Origin: Planctomycetota bacterium | GTDB lineage: Bacteria; Planctomycetota; UBA8108; SXIK01 | DNA length: 64,000 bases | Assembly (NCBI GenBank): GCA_965223265.1 | Contig: OZ244999.1 | Span: forward strand, 5,019,386 to 5,083,385 | Direction of reading: 5' to 3' | In this document: positions 10,014 to 19,338 of the stretch, in pieces | Layout of the letters: the number at the start of each line of letters is the position of its first letter | Numbering within the stretch: the first letter of the stretch is position 1 | Notes under the pieces: generated by a model | Databases searched by the model: none | What the model was told of the DNA's origin: nothing | The model's input: only the letters and a program-made list of their open reading frames with translations | Made by a program: the position numbers and the translations under genes

Positions 10014-11495
10014 ATGGCGATCGAAACGCTACCGACCATCTTCGAGCTCAGTCGCAGCGGACGACGAGGCCCAGCGCCGCCGCCTGCCGAAGCGGAGCTA
10101 CCTGAGCTGAATGAGTGCATCGAGTCACAACACCTTCGGGACGACCCAACCGAACTGCCAGAAGTCGGTGAGCTCGACGGCGTCAGGCATTACACACGCC
10201 TGTCATCGCTGAACTACTCGATCGACAACGTCTTCTACCCGCTCGGCTCCTGCACCATGAAGTACAACCCCAGACTCAATGAAGTCGCTGCATCGGCGAC
10301 GGGGTTCCTTCTCGGGCACCCGCTGGCGCGACCGGAGGATTGCCAAGGCTTCTTGGAACTTTGCTGCCGTTTGCAGGAGTTCCTTGCGGAAGTGAGTGGC
10401 CTGCCGCATGTCAGTCTACAACCAGCTGCTGGCGCACACGGCGAACTGACGGCGCTCATGATCATGAAGTCATACTTCGCCGACCTCGGCGAGGCGGAGC
10501 GCGACGTGATCCTGATCCCCGACAGCGCCCACGGCACCAACCCCTCCAGCTGCACGCTCGCCGGGTTCAGGACGCGCGAAGTGGCGTCAGGCCCCGACGG
10601 CACAGTCGACATGGAAGACTTTCGCTCGAAGCTCGACGCCAGCGTCGCGGGCCTCATGATCACGAACCCGAACACGGTCGGCATCTTCGAGCGCAATATC
10701 GACACGATCTGTGAGCTCCTCCATGAGGCGGGTGCGCTCGTTTACATGGACGGCGCCAACATGAACGCGATCTTAGGCATCACGCGGCCTGGAGACTTCG
10801 GCATCGATGTCATGCACTTCAACCTCCACAAGACGTTTTCAACCCCACACGGCGGCGGCGGCCCGGGCTCCGGCCCCATCGCGGTCGACGAAAAGCTCGC
10901 GCCCTACCTCCCGCTGCCGCGCGTCCAGCGCGGCAGCGATGGCACATTTGAGGCGGTGACCGACGGGCCGAAGTCGATTGGGCGCGTGCGGTCATTCTGG
11001 GGCAATAGCGGCATTTTGGTGCGGGCGCTGGCCTACGCGATGGCCCACGGCCCGGCAGAGCTGCGGCGCATCAGCGAATACGCTGTACTCAACGCCAACT
11101 ACATTCGCGCACAACTTACGGATGCCTTTCATCTGCCTTTTCAGACCCCAAGCATGCATGAAGTGGTCTTCACTGCGAAGCGTCAGAAGCAAAGCGGTAT
11201 CCGCGCTCTCGACGTCGCCAAACGTCTCATCGATCTGGGGTTCCACCCGCCGACCATCTACTTTCCTCTCATCGTCTCCGAAGCGCTCATGATTGAGCCG
11301 ACCGAGACCGAATCAAAAGAGACGCTGGATGCGTTCGTCGCCGCGATGTTGCAGGTGGCGCGCGAAGCGGAGGAAAGCCCTGACATTCTGCGCGAAGCGC
11401 CGGTCACGCAACCGGTGCGGCGCCTCGACGAGGTCAACGCGGTCAAACAGCCAGTTCTCGTCTGTCCATGCGACGACGAAGAGAGCGCCGACTAG
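10014..11495 (+). CDS. gcvPB: Glycine dehydrogenase (decarboxylating) subunit 2
   Basis: From the ATG at 10014 (MAIETLPTIFELSRSG...); a PLP-fold region NLHKTFSTPHGGGGPGSGP is present. The track ORF begins at 9885 and overlaps gcvPA; the internal start immediately follows the gcvPA stop. Confidence 0.9.
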   Translation: MAIETLPTIFELSRSGRRGPAPPPAEAELPELNECIESQHLRDDPTELPEVGELDGVRHYTRLSSLNYSIDNVFYPLGSCTMKYNPRLNEVAASATGFLLGHPLARPEDCQGFLELCCRLQEFLAEVSGLPHVSLQPAAGAHGELTALMIMKSYFADLGEAERDVILIPDSAHGTNPSSCTLAGFRTREVASGPDGTVDMEDFRSKLDASVAGLMITNPNTVGIFERNIDTICELLHEAGALVYMDGANMNAILGITRPGDFGIDVMHFNLHKTFSTPHGGGGPGSGPIAVDEKLAPYLPLPRVQRGSDGTFEAVTDGPKSIGRVRSFWGNSGILVRALAYAMAHGPAELRRISEYAVLNANYIRAQLTDAFHLPFQTPSMHEVVFTAKRQKQSGIRALDVAKRLIDLGFHPPTIYFPLIVSEALMIEPTETESKETLDAFVAAMLQVAREAEESPDILREAPVTQPVRRLDEVNAVKQPVLVCPCDDEESAD

Positions 11496-12541
11496 CCCGA
11501 GCTTGACCGCAGCGCCCAATACTCGATCAGTGCTGTGCGGTCGCGCTCGATCTGTGCCTTCAGCTCCGCGGCCGACGCGAAGCGCCGCTCGTCGCGGTGC
11601 GCTCGCAGCAGCTCGATCTCAAGATCCTCACCGTAGAGATCACCGTCGAAGTCGATGAGCTGAGCCTCCAGCGTCCTCGCGTCACCGCTGCGAAACGTCG
11701 GCCGTGTGCCGATGTTGACGAGGGCGGGAAGGTCCGTAGCCAGTGGCTGCGGCTGCCAAGGAACGGCATCGTGCACCTCCGCTGCGGCGTCCGTAGCGTC
11801 GTTGCTGCCGTCCGTCGCCGCGGTGAGCGTGCCTGCGAGACGCCCCCACCGTGTGACGCTGGCGAAATAGACACCAGACGGCGGCAGCATGTCGGAGTCG
11901 ACGTCGAGATTCGCAGTCGGAAACCCGAGCGTGCGACCGCGACCGTCACCGTGCACCACCGTGCCGAGAAGTGAGTAACGTCGCCCGAGAAGAGCTCGGA
12001 GACGTTCAAGATCTCCAGCGGCAACGGCGTTCCGCACGAGCGTGCTGGAGACGCGCTCAGCCGCAACGTGCGCCACGCTGCCTTGTCTCAATTCGATGCC
12101 AAGCTGAGCGGCGCGCGCCGCGAGCGCGCCGAACGTTCCTTCGCGCCGATGCCCCCAAGCACTGTCGAATCCCATGAGGACTTTGTCGGCATGCAGACCG
12201 CGCACGAGTACTTTCTCCACGAACTCGTCTGCCGACCACGCCGCTAGCTCAGCCGTGAAGCGCAGAGGCAGAACCGCAGCCATTCCAGCACCCGCGAAGA
12301 GGAGCAACCGGTGACGCAGCGACAAGACAAGGGGAGGCGAAACTCCTCTGAGCGTCCGCGCCGGATGCGAGACGAATGTCACCAGAGCGGGCTGACGTGA
12401 CGTCTCCTGAGCCCAATCCGTGAGCTGTCGGAGGAGGGTCTGGTGTCCGACGTGAACACCGTCGAAAAAGCCGACTGTCACGACGCGGCGCTCTCGCGTC
12501 GGGTCGGCGCACGCCTGCGCGAGATCACGGTACACCTTCAT
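11492..12541 (-). CDS. ribF: Bifunctional riboflavin kinase / FMN adenylyltransferase
   Basis: MKVYRDLAQACADPTRERRVVTVGFFDGVHVGHQTLLRQL... (FAD-synthetase N-terminal nucleotidyl-transferase motif) plus a C-terminal riboflavin-kinase region. Start set at the ATG at 12541, which overlaps the def stop (ATGA coupling). Confidence 0.85.
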   Translation of the reverse strand: MKVYRDLAQACADPTRERRVVTVGFFDGVHVGHQTLLRQLTDWAQETSRQPALVTFVSHPARTLRGVSPPLVLSLRHRLLLFAGAGMAAVLPLRFTAELAAWSADEFVEKVLVRGLHADKVLMGFDSAWGHRREGTFGALAARAAQLGIELRQGSVAHVAAERVSSTLVRNAVAAGDLERLRALLGRRYSLLGTVVHGDGRGRTLGFPTANLDVDSDMLPPSGVYFASVTRWGRLAGTLTAATDGSNDATDAAAEVHDAVPWQPQPLATDLPALVNIGTRPTFRSGDARTLEAQLIDFDGDLYGEDLEIELLRAHRDERRFASAAELKAQIERDRTALIEYWALRSSSG

Positions 12542-12542
12542 G

Positions 12543-13076
12543 TCAGCGTGTTTGTTCACCGGCACGGCGGTCGCGGTATTCGGCTTCGAGCTTTTTGAGA
12601 GCCTTGCCGAGCTGAAGTCGTTCACCAGGGCTCAAGCGGCTGATGAACAGGATACCGTCGAGGTGATCGTTTTCGTGCTGCACGATGCGCGCGGGGAGAT
12701 CGGTAAGATCCTCTTCGAACGGCTGGGCGTTCAAATCGAGAGCCTTGATGTGCACCTTCGTGTGCCGACGCACGCGACCATGCACTCCCGGGATCGAGAG
12801 GCAGCCCTCTTCTTCCACGTCTTGCTCCCCCGCCGGGTCGGTCACAACTTGCGGGTTGATGTACACGCGCTCGAGCTCCGGATCAGGCTCGCCGGACGGG
12901 TTGACCACGAACAAGCGCACGCTCCATCCGACCTGTGGCGCTGCGAGACCGACGCCGCGGTGGGCGTACATGAGCTCGAACATCGCCGCCACCTGACGCC
13001 GTGTGTCCTGGTCGAGATGCGTGAGCGGCACCGCTTGCCGGCGAAGAATCGGATCGGGGTAGTTGACGATCTCCAT
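12543..13076 (-). CDS. def: Peptide deformylase
   Basis: All three PDF motifs are present: GVGLAAPQVG, EGCLSIPG, HENDHLDG. Confidence 0.9.
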   Translation of the reverse strand: MEIVNYPDPILRRQAVPLTHLDQDTRRQVAAMFELMYAHRGVGLAAPQVGWSVRLFVVNPSGEPDPELERVYINPQVVTDPAGEQDVEEEGCLSIPGVHGRVRRHTKVHIKALDLNAQPFEEDLTDLPARIVQHENDHLDGILFISRLSPGERLQLGKALKKLEAEYRDRRAGEQTR

Positions 13077-13421
13077 CTGAATTCCTGAGCTCTCTCAGAA
13101 CAAGGTGGCGAACGATTCGGTGGATGTTCGGAAACCGCGGTGCGACGCCAAAACCGCGATTGTAGCGAGGCGCGAGCCGGTTCCCATGGAAATCACGGTC
13201 GGGTCGACGCAAGCGTCGTGTTGCGCCGTCATGGCAGAGCGGCCGGACACGGATCGGCGACCCGAGCCTATTCTTGAATTCGGCACCTTCGAAACTACAA
13301 TTGGACGTTTCTCGGCTCCACTCCGGGTTCGTCGTCTTGTCCTCAACCGTGCACGGCAGAGGCCAGGATTGAGTGGAGAAACGGGTGTTAGGATCTGGAG
13401 ACAAAAGAAGGAGTCTGGACT

Positions 13422-14141
13422 ATGATGATGCGCCTGCGCATCGCGTCGCTCGCTCTTTTCGCGTTTGTCGTGCTTTGTTCGAACGTTGGAGCGCAGGCGC
13501 TCGGGGGAGCTGGGAGCAAGGAGAACCTTGACCTGCCCTATGACGCCGGTCTCTTCAACGGCGAAGCCGAGGACGAGGACGCCCCAGAAGTCATCCAGTT
13601 CTATGGCCAACAGTACGAAGGGGACGGCGTTTTCTTCGCCATCGACCGCTCCGGCAGTATGCAGAGTAGCGGTGAGCTCGACATCGCCAAACGCGAGGTC
13701 TCCAAGAACATCTCGGAGTTCAGCACCCGCGTTCAGTTCGGCATCGTTTTCTTCGATAACGGCCTGCTCAAGTTCCCCACCAGCGGTCGGCCCGCCGAAG
13801 CCTCCCCCTCCATGAAGGCGGCCGGGCTCAACTGGGTCAACTCCGTCAAAGGCGGCGGCGGCAGCTGCTGCCAGGCCGGACTCGTCGCTGCCATGCAGTA
13901 CGCCAATTTCTCCAGCTCCAAGCGTAAAGTTATCATTTACGTCGGCGACGGTGGTGGTACTTGCAACGGCGCCGACGAGGGCACCTATCTCAAGCAGACC
14001 CTGGCGATCGTCAAGGCGCAGAACTTTCAGCGCGCCCAGATCAACGCCATCGGCGTACTCCAGATCGGCTCTATCCAGGGTGACTTCCTGACCTCCCTGG
14101 CGCAGAGTAACGGCGGTACCTACACCAAGGTGACGAAGTAG
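13422..14141 (+). CDS. Secreted von Willebrand factor A (VWA) domain protein, paralog 1 of 3
   Basis: Signal peptide MMMRLRIASLALFAFVVLCSNVGAQA. Metal-ion-dependent adhesion site (MIDAS)-like DRSGSM. Conserved Cys pairs GSCCQ and GTCNG. About 90% identical to the next two genes. Confidence 0.7.
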   Translation: MMMRLRIASLALFAFVVLCSNVGAQALGGAGSKENLDLPYDAGLFNGEAEDEDAPEVIQFYGQQYEGDGVFFAIDRSGSMQSSGELDIAKREVSKNISEFSTRVQFGIVFFDNGLLKFPTSGRPAEASPSMKAAGLNWVNSVKGGGGSCCQAGLVAAMQYANFSSSKRKVIIYVGDGGGTCNGADEGTYLKQTLAIVKAQNFQRAQINAIGVLQIGSIQGDFLTSLAQSNGGTYTKVTK

Positions 14142-14230
14142 GGAACATTCGGTGCCGGCGACCGCAGAGCTCGGGCTGAGCGGCGCGCCAGCGAGTGAAC
14201 CATAAAAGATAAAAGAAAAGAGTAGTGACC

Positions 14231-14273
14231 AAGCTCAGTTCATGCCTGAGGGCGTGAGGCTGAGCTTTTTTTT
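14231..14273 (+). terminator. Rho-independent terminator after VWA paralog 1
   Basis: AAGCTCAG ... CTGAGCTT stem followed by a T8 run. Confidence 0.5.
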
Positions 14274-14415
14274 CGCCCGAGTCGGTCGCTTCGCGCCGCG
14301 AACACCGAAAGGAGCCTCAATCATGGCAACAACTTAAGAACCTTGGCGGCACGAATCGTCCGGCGAGCGCGCGGGATCGCCCTGCAAGGATCGACGGCCT
14401 GAAACGTCTGGAACA

Positions 14416-15228
14416 ATGATTGTCACGCTCACACGCGGTGTGGGCAGAGTTCTCAAGCAGTTCCCTGACGAGGCGATCCACATGCAACCGTCCGATTGCT
14501 CGCGACTCATGTTTCCGTCTCTGGTGGCACTTCTTTCCTTGGCGGCTGTGATGTCTTTCTCCAGCTCGCCGCTTGCGGCCCAGGCGCTCGGAGGGGCCGC
14601 AAGCAAGGAGAACCTCGACCTGCCTTACGACGCCGGTCTCTTCAACAGCGAAGTCGACGATGAGGACGCGCCGGAGGTCATCCAATTCTACGACCAGCAG
14701 TATGAAGGCGACGGCGTTTTCTTCGCCATCGACCGCTCCGGCAGTATGCAGGGCAGTGGTGAGCTCGACATCGCCAAGCGCGAGGTTTCCAAGAACATCT
14801 CGGAGTTCAGCACCCGCGTTCAGTTCGGCATCGTTTTCTTCGATAACGGCCTGCTCAAGTTCCCCACCAGCGGCCGACCTGCCGAGGCCGCCCCCTCCAT
14901 GAAGGCAGCCGCGCTCAACTGGGTCAACTCCGTCAAAGGCGGCAACGGCAGCTGCTGCCAGCAGGGGCTCGTTGCTGCCATGCAGTACGCCAACTTCTCC
15001 AGCGCGAAGCGCAAAGTCATCATCTACGTCGGTGACGGCGGCGGCACCTGCAACGGCGCCGATGAGGGCACCTACCTCAAGCAGACCCTGGCAATCATCA
15101 GGTCGCAGAATTTCCAGCGCGCCCAGGTCAACTGTGTCGGGGTGCTCCAAATCGGCCCCATTCAGAACGATTTTCTGAGCTCACTGGCGCAGGCTAACGG
15201 CGGCACATACACCAAAGTGACGAGATAG
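14416..15228 (+). CDS. Secreted VWA domain protein, paralog 2 of 3. The true start is probably internal, at 14482 or 14509.
   Basis: Mature region nearly identical to paralog 1 (AQALGGAASKENLDLPYDAGLFN..., DRSGSMQGSGELDIAKREV...). Distinct signal peptide MFPSLVALLSLAAVMSFSSSPLAAQA. Confidence 0.7.
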   Translation: MIVTLTRGVGRVLKQFPDEAIHMQPSDCSRLMFPSLVALLSLAAVMSFSSSPLAAQALGGAASKENLDLPYDAGLFNSEVDDEDAPEVIQFYDQQYEGDGVFFAIDRSGSMQGSGELDIAKREVSKNISEFSTRVQFGIVFFDNGLLKFPTSGRPAEAAPSMKAAALNWVNSVKGGNGSCCQQGLVAAMQYANFSSAKRKVIIYVGDGGGTCNGADEGTYLKQTLAIIRSQNFQRAQVNCVGVLQIGPIQNDFLSSLAQANGGTYTKVTR

Positions 15229-15413
15229 AGCCAAATTTTTCGAAAGTTTTGCAGGAAATTTGGCGATGCTGCGTCATCATCTCCATTAGGTACGTGTTTT
15301 CGCCTGCAAAGACGCCGCTACGAAGCAGGTCAGCGCGACGGGAAACCTTTACCAGGCCTTCAGTTGCGTGAATACGGTGGTTCGTACCGAGGCGCTTTCA
15401 GGCAGGGATTGCT

Positions 15414-16187
15414 ATGACGAACGTAGGGTTTAGGTCAGAGTTAAGAGGTCATACCGTGAAGCATTGGTTCATCGGCTCGCCATTTGTCTTCGTGCTCCTC
15501 GTGGGCGCCTTGTGTTTCGATGTCTCGCCTCTCGCAGCTCAAGCGCTCGGGGGAGCCGGGAGCAAAGAAAACCTCGACCTGCCGTACGACGCCGGCATCT
15601 TCAACGGCGAGGCTGAGGACGAGGACGCCCCGGAGGTCATCCAGTTCTACGGTCAGCAGTATGAGGGCGACGGCGTCTTCTTCGCCATCGACCGCTCAGG
15701 CAGTATGCAGAGTAGCGGCGAGCTGGACGTCGCCAAGCGCGAGGTTGCCAAGAACATCTCGGAGTTCAGCACCCGCGTTCAGTTCGGCATCGTCTTCTTC
15801 GATAAGGGTTTGCTCAAGTTCCCCAGCAGCGGCCGACCTGCCGAGGCGGCTCCGGCTATGAAGGCAGCTGGGCTCAACTGGGTCAACTCCGTCAAAGGCG
15901 GCGGTGGCAGCTGCTGCCAGGCCGGACTCGTCGCTGCCATGCAGTACGCCAACTTCTCCAGCTCCAAGCGCAAAGTGGTCATTTACGTCGGTGACGGCGG
16001 CGGCAGCTGTAACGGAGCCGATTCCGGCACCTACCTGAAACAGACCCTGGCGATTGTCAAATCACAGAACTTTCAGCGCGCTCAGATCAACGCGATTGGA
16101 GTCCTCGACGTCAGCCAAGAGGGGAAAGACTTCTTGACCGCGCTGGCACAAAGTAACGGCGGCTCCTACACCTACATCGCCAAGTAG
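15414..16187 (+). CDS. Secreted VWA domain protein, paralog 3 of 3
   Basis: Signal peptide ...WFIGSPFVFVLLVGALCFDVSPLAAQA, then the same mature domain. The C-terminus diverges (VLDVSQEGKDF..SYTYIAK). Confidence 0.7.
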   Translation: MTNVGFRSELRGHTVKHWFIGSPFVFVLLVGALCFDVSPLAAQALGGAGSKENLDLPYDAGIFNGEAEDEDAPEVIQFYGQQYEGDGVFFAIDRSGSMQSSGELDVAKREVAKNISEFSTRVQFGIVFFDKGLLKFPSSGRPAEAAPAMKAAGLNWVNSVKGGGGSCCQAGLVAAMQYANFSSSKRKVVIYVGDGGGSCNGADSGTYLKQTLAIVKSQNFQRAQINAIGVLDVSQEGKDFLTALAQSNGGSYTYIAK

Positions 16188-16297
16188 GCAAAACATCGCC
16201 AAGTAGGACCAAAAACCCGAGCCCGCTCCTTCGGTGCTTTGTCGCCGGAGGAGCGCTGTTCGCACCCCTCAGGGAGGCGCCCTGGGCCAGTTGCCAA

Positions 16298-16351
16298 CTC
16301 TTCGCGTTCCGCTCGGCTAGCAGCCCGTACGGGACGCGAAGAGTTTTTTTG
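16298..16351 (+). terminator. Rho-independent terminator after VWA paralog 3
   Basis: Perfect 10-bp stem CTCTTCGCGT...ACGCGAAGAG with an inner CCCGTACGGG palindrome, followed by a T7 run. Confidence 0.6.
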
Positions 16352-16428
16352 TCGCGAGAGATCTCGCGGGAGGACAGCGGCCCGGCCCCCAAACACCGAA
16401 GGCGGCAAACACCGCGCGGCCTGTAGAG

Positions 16429-17748
16429 TCACTCGCAACCCGTGGTGTCTGCGCCGCCGCACGCCGCCGCGTTGGCACTCAGCCGGCGTGAACTGCGTGG
16501 AAAAAAGCTCGGATGCACTAGCAGCACGAGGAGGAGGAGAGCCGCCCACGCGTACGGGCAGAATGCCATGGCGTAGGTACTGCCCTGCTTGCCAAGGACC
16601 TCTCGGCTGCTCAGGACAACGAGAAGAAGCGCCGCGAACCAAAGGGCTGCCCCAACTTTGCGCGTGCGACCCGTTACTTGCCACCAGGCCTCGAAGGCGA
16701 GGACGCTCGCCGGCCAGAGCGCCACGAAACTCGCCTTGCGGCTGAGCGGTCCGAGGAGCGGCATGAGCAGAAGCGCGGCAGCCAGCTCGCTTCCAGTCCA
16801 GCTACGAGAGCGACCAGGGGTGCGGTAGCGAAACCCGGCCAAAACGGCGACATAGATGAGCCCGGCCAGCAGCAGGTAGAGCCCGTCCGCTTGCTTCTTC
16901 GTCAAGTCGACCAGATGGATCGACACCACCCGATCGTCGTGCGCGGTGGCATCCGAATCACGGCAAAGCCGATGCACAAGCGCGCGCAAACTCTGCCCGG
17001 GCACGTAGCCCTTCCCGGGCTCGGCAGCGTACGCCTGCGAGCTCATGTCGACCCCACTGAGCGTCGATCGATACCATGCCGCCCAAGCACGGCGGCCGCT
17101 CTCCCACGCCGCCCCAACCACCGGGACGGCGACGACGAGCACCGTAGCGATCAGCAGGCAGGCCGCAGCAACGCGCCAACAGCGTCGCGCCAGCATCCAC
17201 GGCAGTACGATCACGGGCGTCACCTTCGCGAGCATGGCGCAGCCCAGAGCCGTGCCAGCGCGAGCATCGCGTCCGGTCCGCAGAAAATGAAACGCGAAGA
17301 TGACGCAACTGACGATCACAACATTGGCGTTGCCATTGGCGAAATCGCTGTCGAGAAAGCGCAGCGTCAGCACAAATCCAGCCAGCTTCGCCTCCGCCGA
17401 GAGCGGCATGCCGAAGACTCGATCGAGGTGGCGGAAAATGAGGGCTACAAGCAGGATCTTCAATATCACCCAGACCCAAACCCCGGCAACCTCGGGCAAA
17501 AACCCAAGCGGCGCGACGAACAATGCAAACGGCGGCGGGTACTGCAGTGGCCGCTGCGGATGCTCGTATGCTGCCACCAAGTCACCGGCCAAGAACGCCT
17601 GGGCCGTTACGTGGTAGGCACGAAAGTCGTGAAAGCGTTCACCGCCAAACCCGCCGCCTTTGTAGAGCCCGCGCTGGGCGAGCACCACAAGCGCGACGAG
17701 GAAGACACACCCAAAGATGACAACGAGGCGTTCTCGGCTCAGCTTCAT
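16429..17748 (-). CDS. Polytopic integral membrane protein, probably a GT87/DUF2029-like (or PMT-like) glycosyltransferase
   Basis: About 440 aa with at least 9 predicted transmembrane segments. Start set at the internal ATG at 17748 (MKLSRERLVVIFGCVFLVAL...), which removes the overlap with fmt; the track ORF extends to 17955. The plus-strand 505-aa ORF across this region is Arg-rich antisense noise. Confidence 0.55.
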   Translation of the reverse strand: MKLSRERLVVIFGCVFLVALVVLAQRGLYKGGGFGGERFHDFRAYHVTAQAFLAGDLVAAYEHPQRPLQYPPPFALFVAPLGFLPEVAGVWVWVILKILLVALIFRHLDRVFGMPLSAEAKLAGFVLTLRFLDSDFANGNANVVIVSCVIFAFHFLRTGRDARAGTALGCAMLAKVTPVIVLPWMLARRCWRVAAACLLIATVLVVAVPVVGAAWESGRRAWAAWYRSTLSGVDMSSQAYAAEPGKGYVPGQSLRALVHRLCRDSDATAHDDRVVSIHLVDLTKKQADGLYLLLAGLIYVAVLAGFRYRTPGRSRSWTGSELAAALLLMPLLGPLSRKASFVALWPASVLAFEAWWQVTGRTRKVGAALWFAALLLVVLSSREVLGKQGSTYAMAFCPYAWAALLLLVLLVHPSFFPRSSRRLSANAAACGGADTTGCE

Positions 17749-17827
17749 GTCACCACGCTCACCCAGCTTCGCACGAATGGGAAGAGCCACCACCTTGGCG
17801 CGACGCTGCCGCGAATGAGTGCGTCCA

Positions 17828-18742
17828 CTAGCTCGCCTCCGCGACAGGGGTGTCGCCGTCCAAGACCTCGAGAATCCCTTCGCCGGTGGTGGCGAAGTAG
17901 TGCCGCGGATCGTCATCGGCAGACAGAAACCGTCCCGGCTCCGGCGACGTCCCAAAGCCCTGCGCCGGGAGGTCGACCTCCGCGTCGGCGGGCCGCGTCG
18001 ACCAGACGTAGCGGCGACCGCTCTCCGTCTCGAAGAAGGCGCCGGGAAACGGACGGGTCACAGCCCGCACCAGATTGTGAATGCGTAGCGCCGTCCAGCT
18101 CCAGTCAAAACGGCCGTCCTCCGCTCGCCGGCGGCCAAAACAGGTGGCACTCAGCTCATCCTGGGCTCGAAGCGTTGCACGACCGGACGCAATGAGCGGC
18201 CAGGAGCGCCGCAGCATGTCTCCCGCCGCGACTTCAAGCCGCGCTTGAAGCTGCGGCGCAGTCTCGTCCCGATCGATTGACAATTCCATCTGATCGACGA
18301 TCTCCCCGGCGTCGGCGCGTGCCACCATTCTATGCAGTGTCATGCCCGTGCGCTGCTCACCGTGGATCAGCACCCAATTGAGCGGCGCGCAGCCTCGATA
18401 CTTGGGTAAGAGCGAACCGTGCAGGTTGAACCCGCCGTGCGGCGCCAAGGCGAGGACTCGCTCCGGCAGGAGCCGTCGAAAACTAGCTGCGAGCAGCACG
18501 TCGGGCTGCGCCGCCCGCAGCGCAGCGATCACGTCGGGCGGCCAAACTCCACGCCGCTCTTGGGGCAACAGAACGACCGGTAATGCCGCTCGCCGAGCTA
18601 GCGCCGCTACCGACGGAAACCAGAGCTTCTCGCTCGAATCGTCATCATGCGTGCAAACACAAACGACCTCCTCGCCAAGCTTTAGCAGCGTCTCCAGCGC
18701 GTGAGCGCCGATCGAGGAGTAGGCGAAGAGTGCGACGCGCAT
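17828..18742 (-). CDS. fmt: Methionyl-tRNA formyltransferase-like protein (Fmt family)
   Basis: Formyl_trans_N motifs HGSLLPKYRGCAPLNW and TGMTLHRMVARADAGEIVDQ. An Fmt-type C-terminal domain (WTALRIHNLVRAVTRPFPGAFF ... GEGILEVLDGD). Confidence 0.7.
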   Translation of the reverse strand: MRVALFAYSSIGAHALETLLKLGEEVVCVCTHDDDSSEKLWFPSVAALARRAALPVVLLPQERRGVWPPDVIAALRAAQPDVLLAASFRRLLPERVLALAPHGGFNLHGSLLPKYRGCAPLNWVLIHGEQRTGMTLHRMVARADAGEIVDQMELSIDRDETAPQLQARLEVAAGDMLRRSWPLIASGRATLRAQDELSATCFGRRRAEDGRFDWSWTALRIHNLVRAVTRPFPGAFFETESGRRYVWSTRPADAEVDLPAQGFGTSPEPGRFLSADDDPRHYFATTGEGILEVLDGDTPVAEAS

Positions 18743-18813
18743 ATTTGGCCAGTGTGTTCTTCGGGCTTCGACGGCAACAAGTCAAGACGAGGGTGCGTCC
18801 GACGCTGACGAGC

Positions 18814-19338
18814 TCACAAGACGTATAGCATGAGGTACACGATCACGCCGGTCACGGAGACGTAGAGCCACATCGGGAGCGTCCAACGCGCAAGTGCCCG
18901 ATGCCGCCCCAACTGCCGTCGCCACGCGAAGACGAGCAGCAAGATAGCAAGGATCGGGACGACACCCGCCAATACGATGTGCGAAATGAGGACGATCAGG
19001 TAAAAAACGCGCTGCGCGCCGACGCCCTCGTAGACCACGTGGCCGGCAAGGGAATGATACGTCAAATAGGAGATGAGGAAGAGGGCTGAGACGACGAAGG
19101 CTGCCACCATGGTACGCGCGTGGGCTCGCTGATTCCCGGCACGAATGAGCACGTAGCCGCGCACCAACAGGGTCGCTGCCACCGTGTTCAACAGCGCGTT
19201 AACGTGCGGAAGCAGGCGATACCAGGCGTTCTCATCACCACCGTCGGGTACGGAACCGTCAACCAGGGAATTGGCCAGCACGAAACTGTCGAGGTGAAAA
19301 ACGACCGGTTCGATCACTCGCGATTCTCCGGCTCCCAA
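18814..19338 (-). CDS. DUF420 family membrane protein, of the kind commonly found in cytochrome-oxidase clusters
   Basis: Four predicted transmembrane segments. NALLNTVAATLLVRGYVLIR and HVVYEGVGAQRVFYLIVLISHIVLA motifs typical of DUF420. Confidence 0.65.
   Translation of the reverse strand: MGAGESRVIEPVVFHLDSFVLANSLVDGSVPDGGDENAWYRLLPHVNALLNTVAATLLVRGYVLIRAGNQRAHARTMVAAFVVSALFLISYLTYHSLAGHVVYEGVGAQRVFYLIVLISHIVLAGVVPILAILLLVFAWRRQLGRHRALARWTLPMWLYVSVTGVIVYLMLYVL

Larger units (their letters stand above)
13490..16187 (+). repeat. Three tandem direct repeats of about 650 bp each (the VWA gene cores: 13490-14141, 14576-15228, 15537-16187), separated by unrelated spacers that carry the signal-peptide regions
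   Basis: Long stretches are near-identical at the nucleotide level, e.g. gcgttcagttcggcatcgt[tc]ttcttcgata...ctgctcaagttcccc occurs in all three copies. Confidence 0.8.

Noticed and set aside
16678-18195. 505-aa plus-strand ORF
   Set aside because: Arg/Pro/Ala-rich, low-complexity product that runs antisense across the hydrophobic membrane-protein gene and fmt. Typical high-GC antisense artefact.
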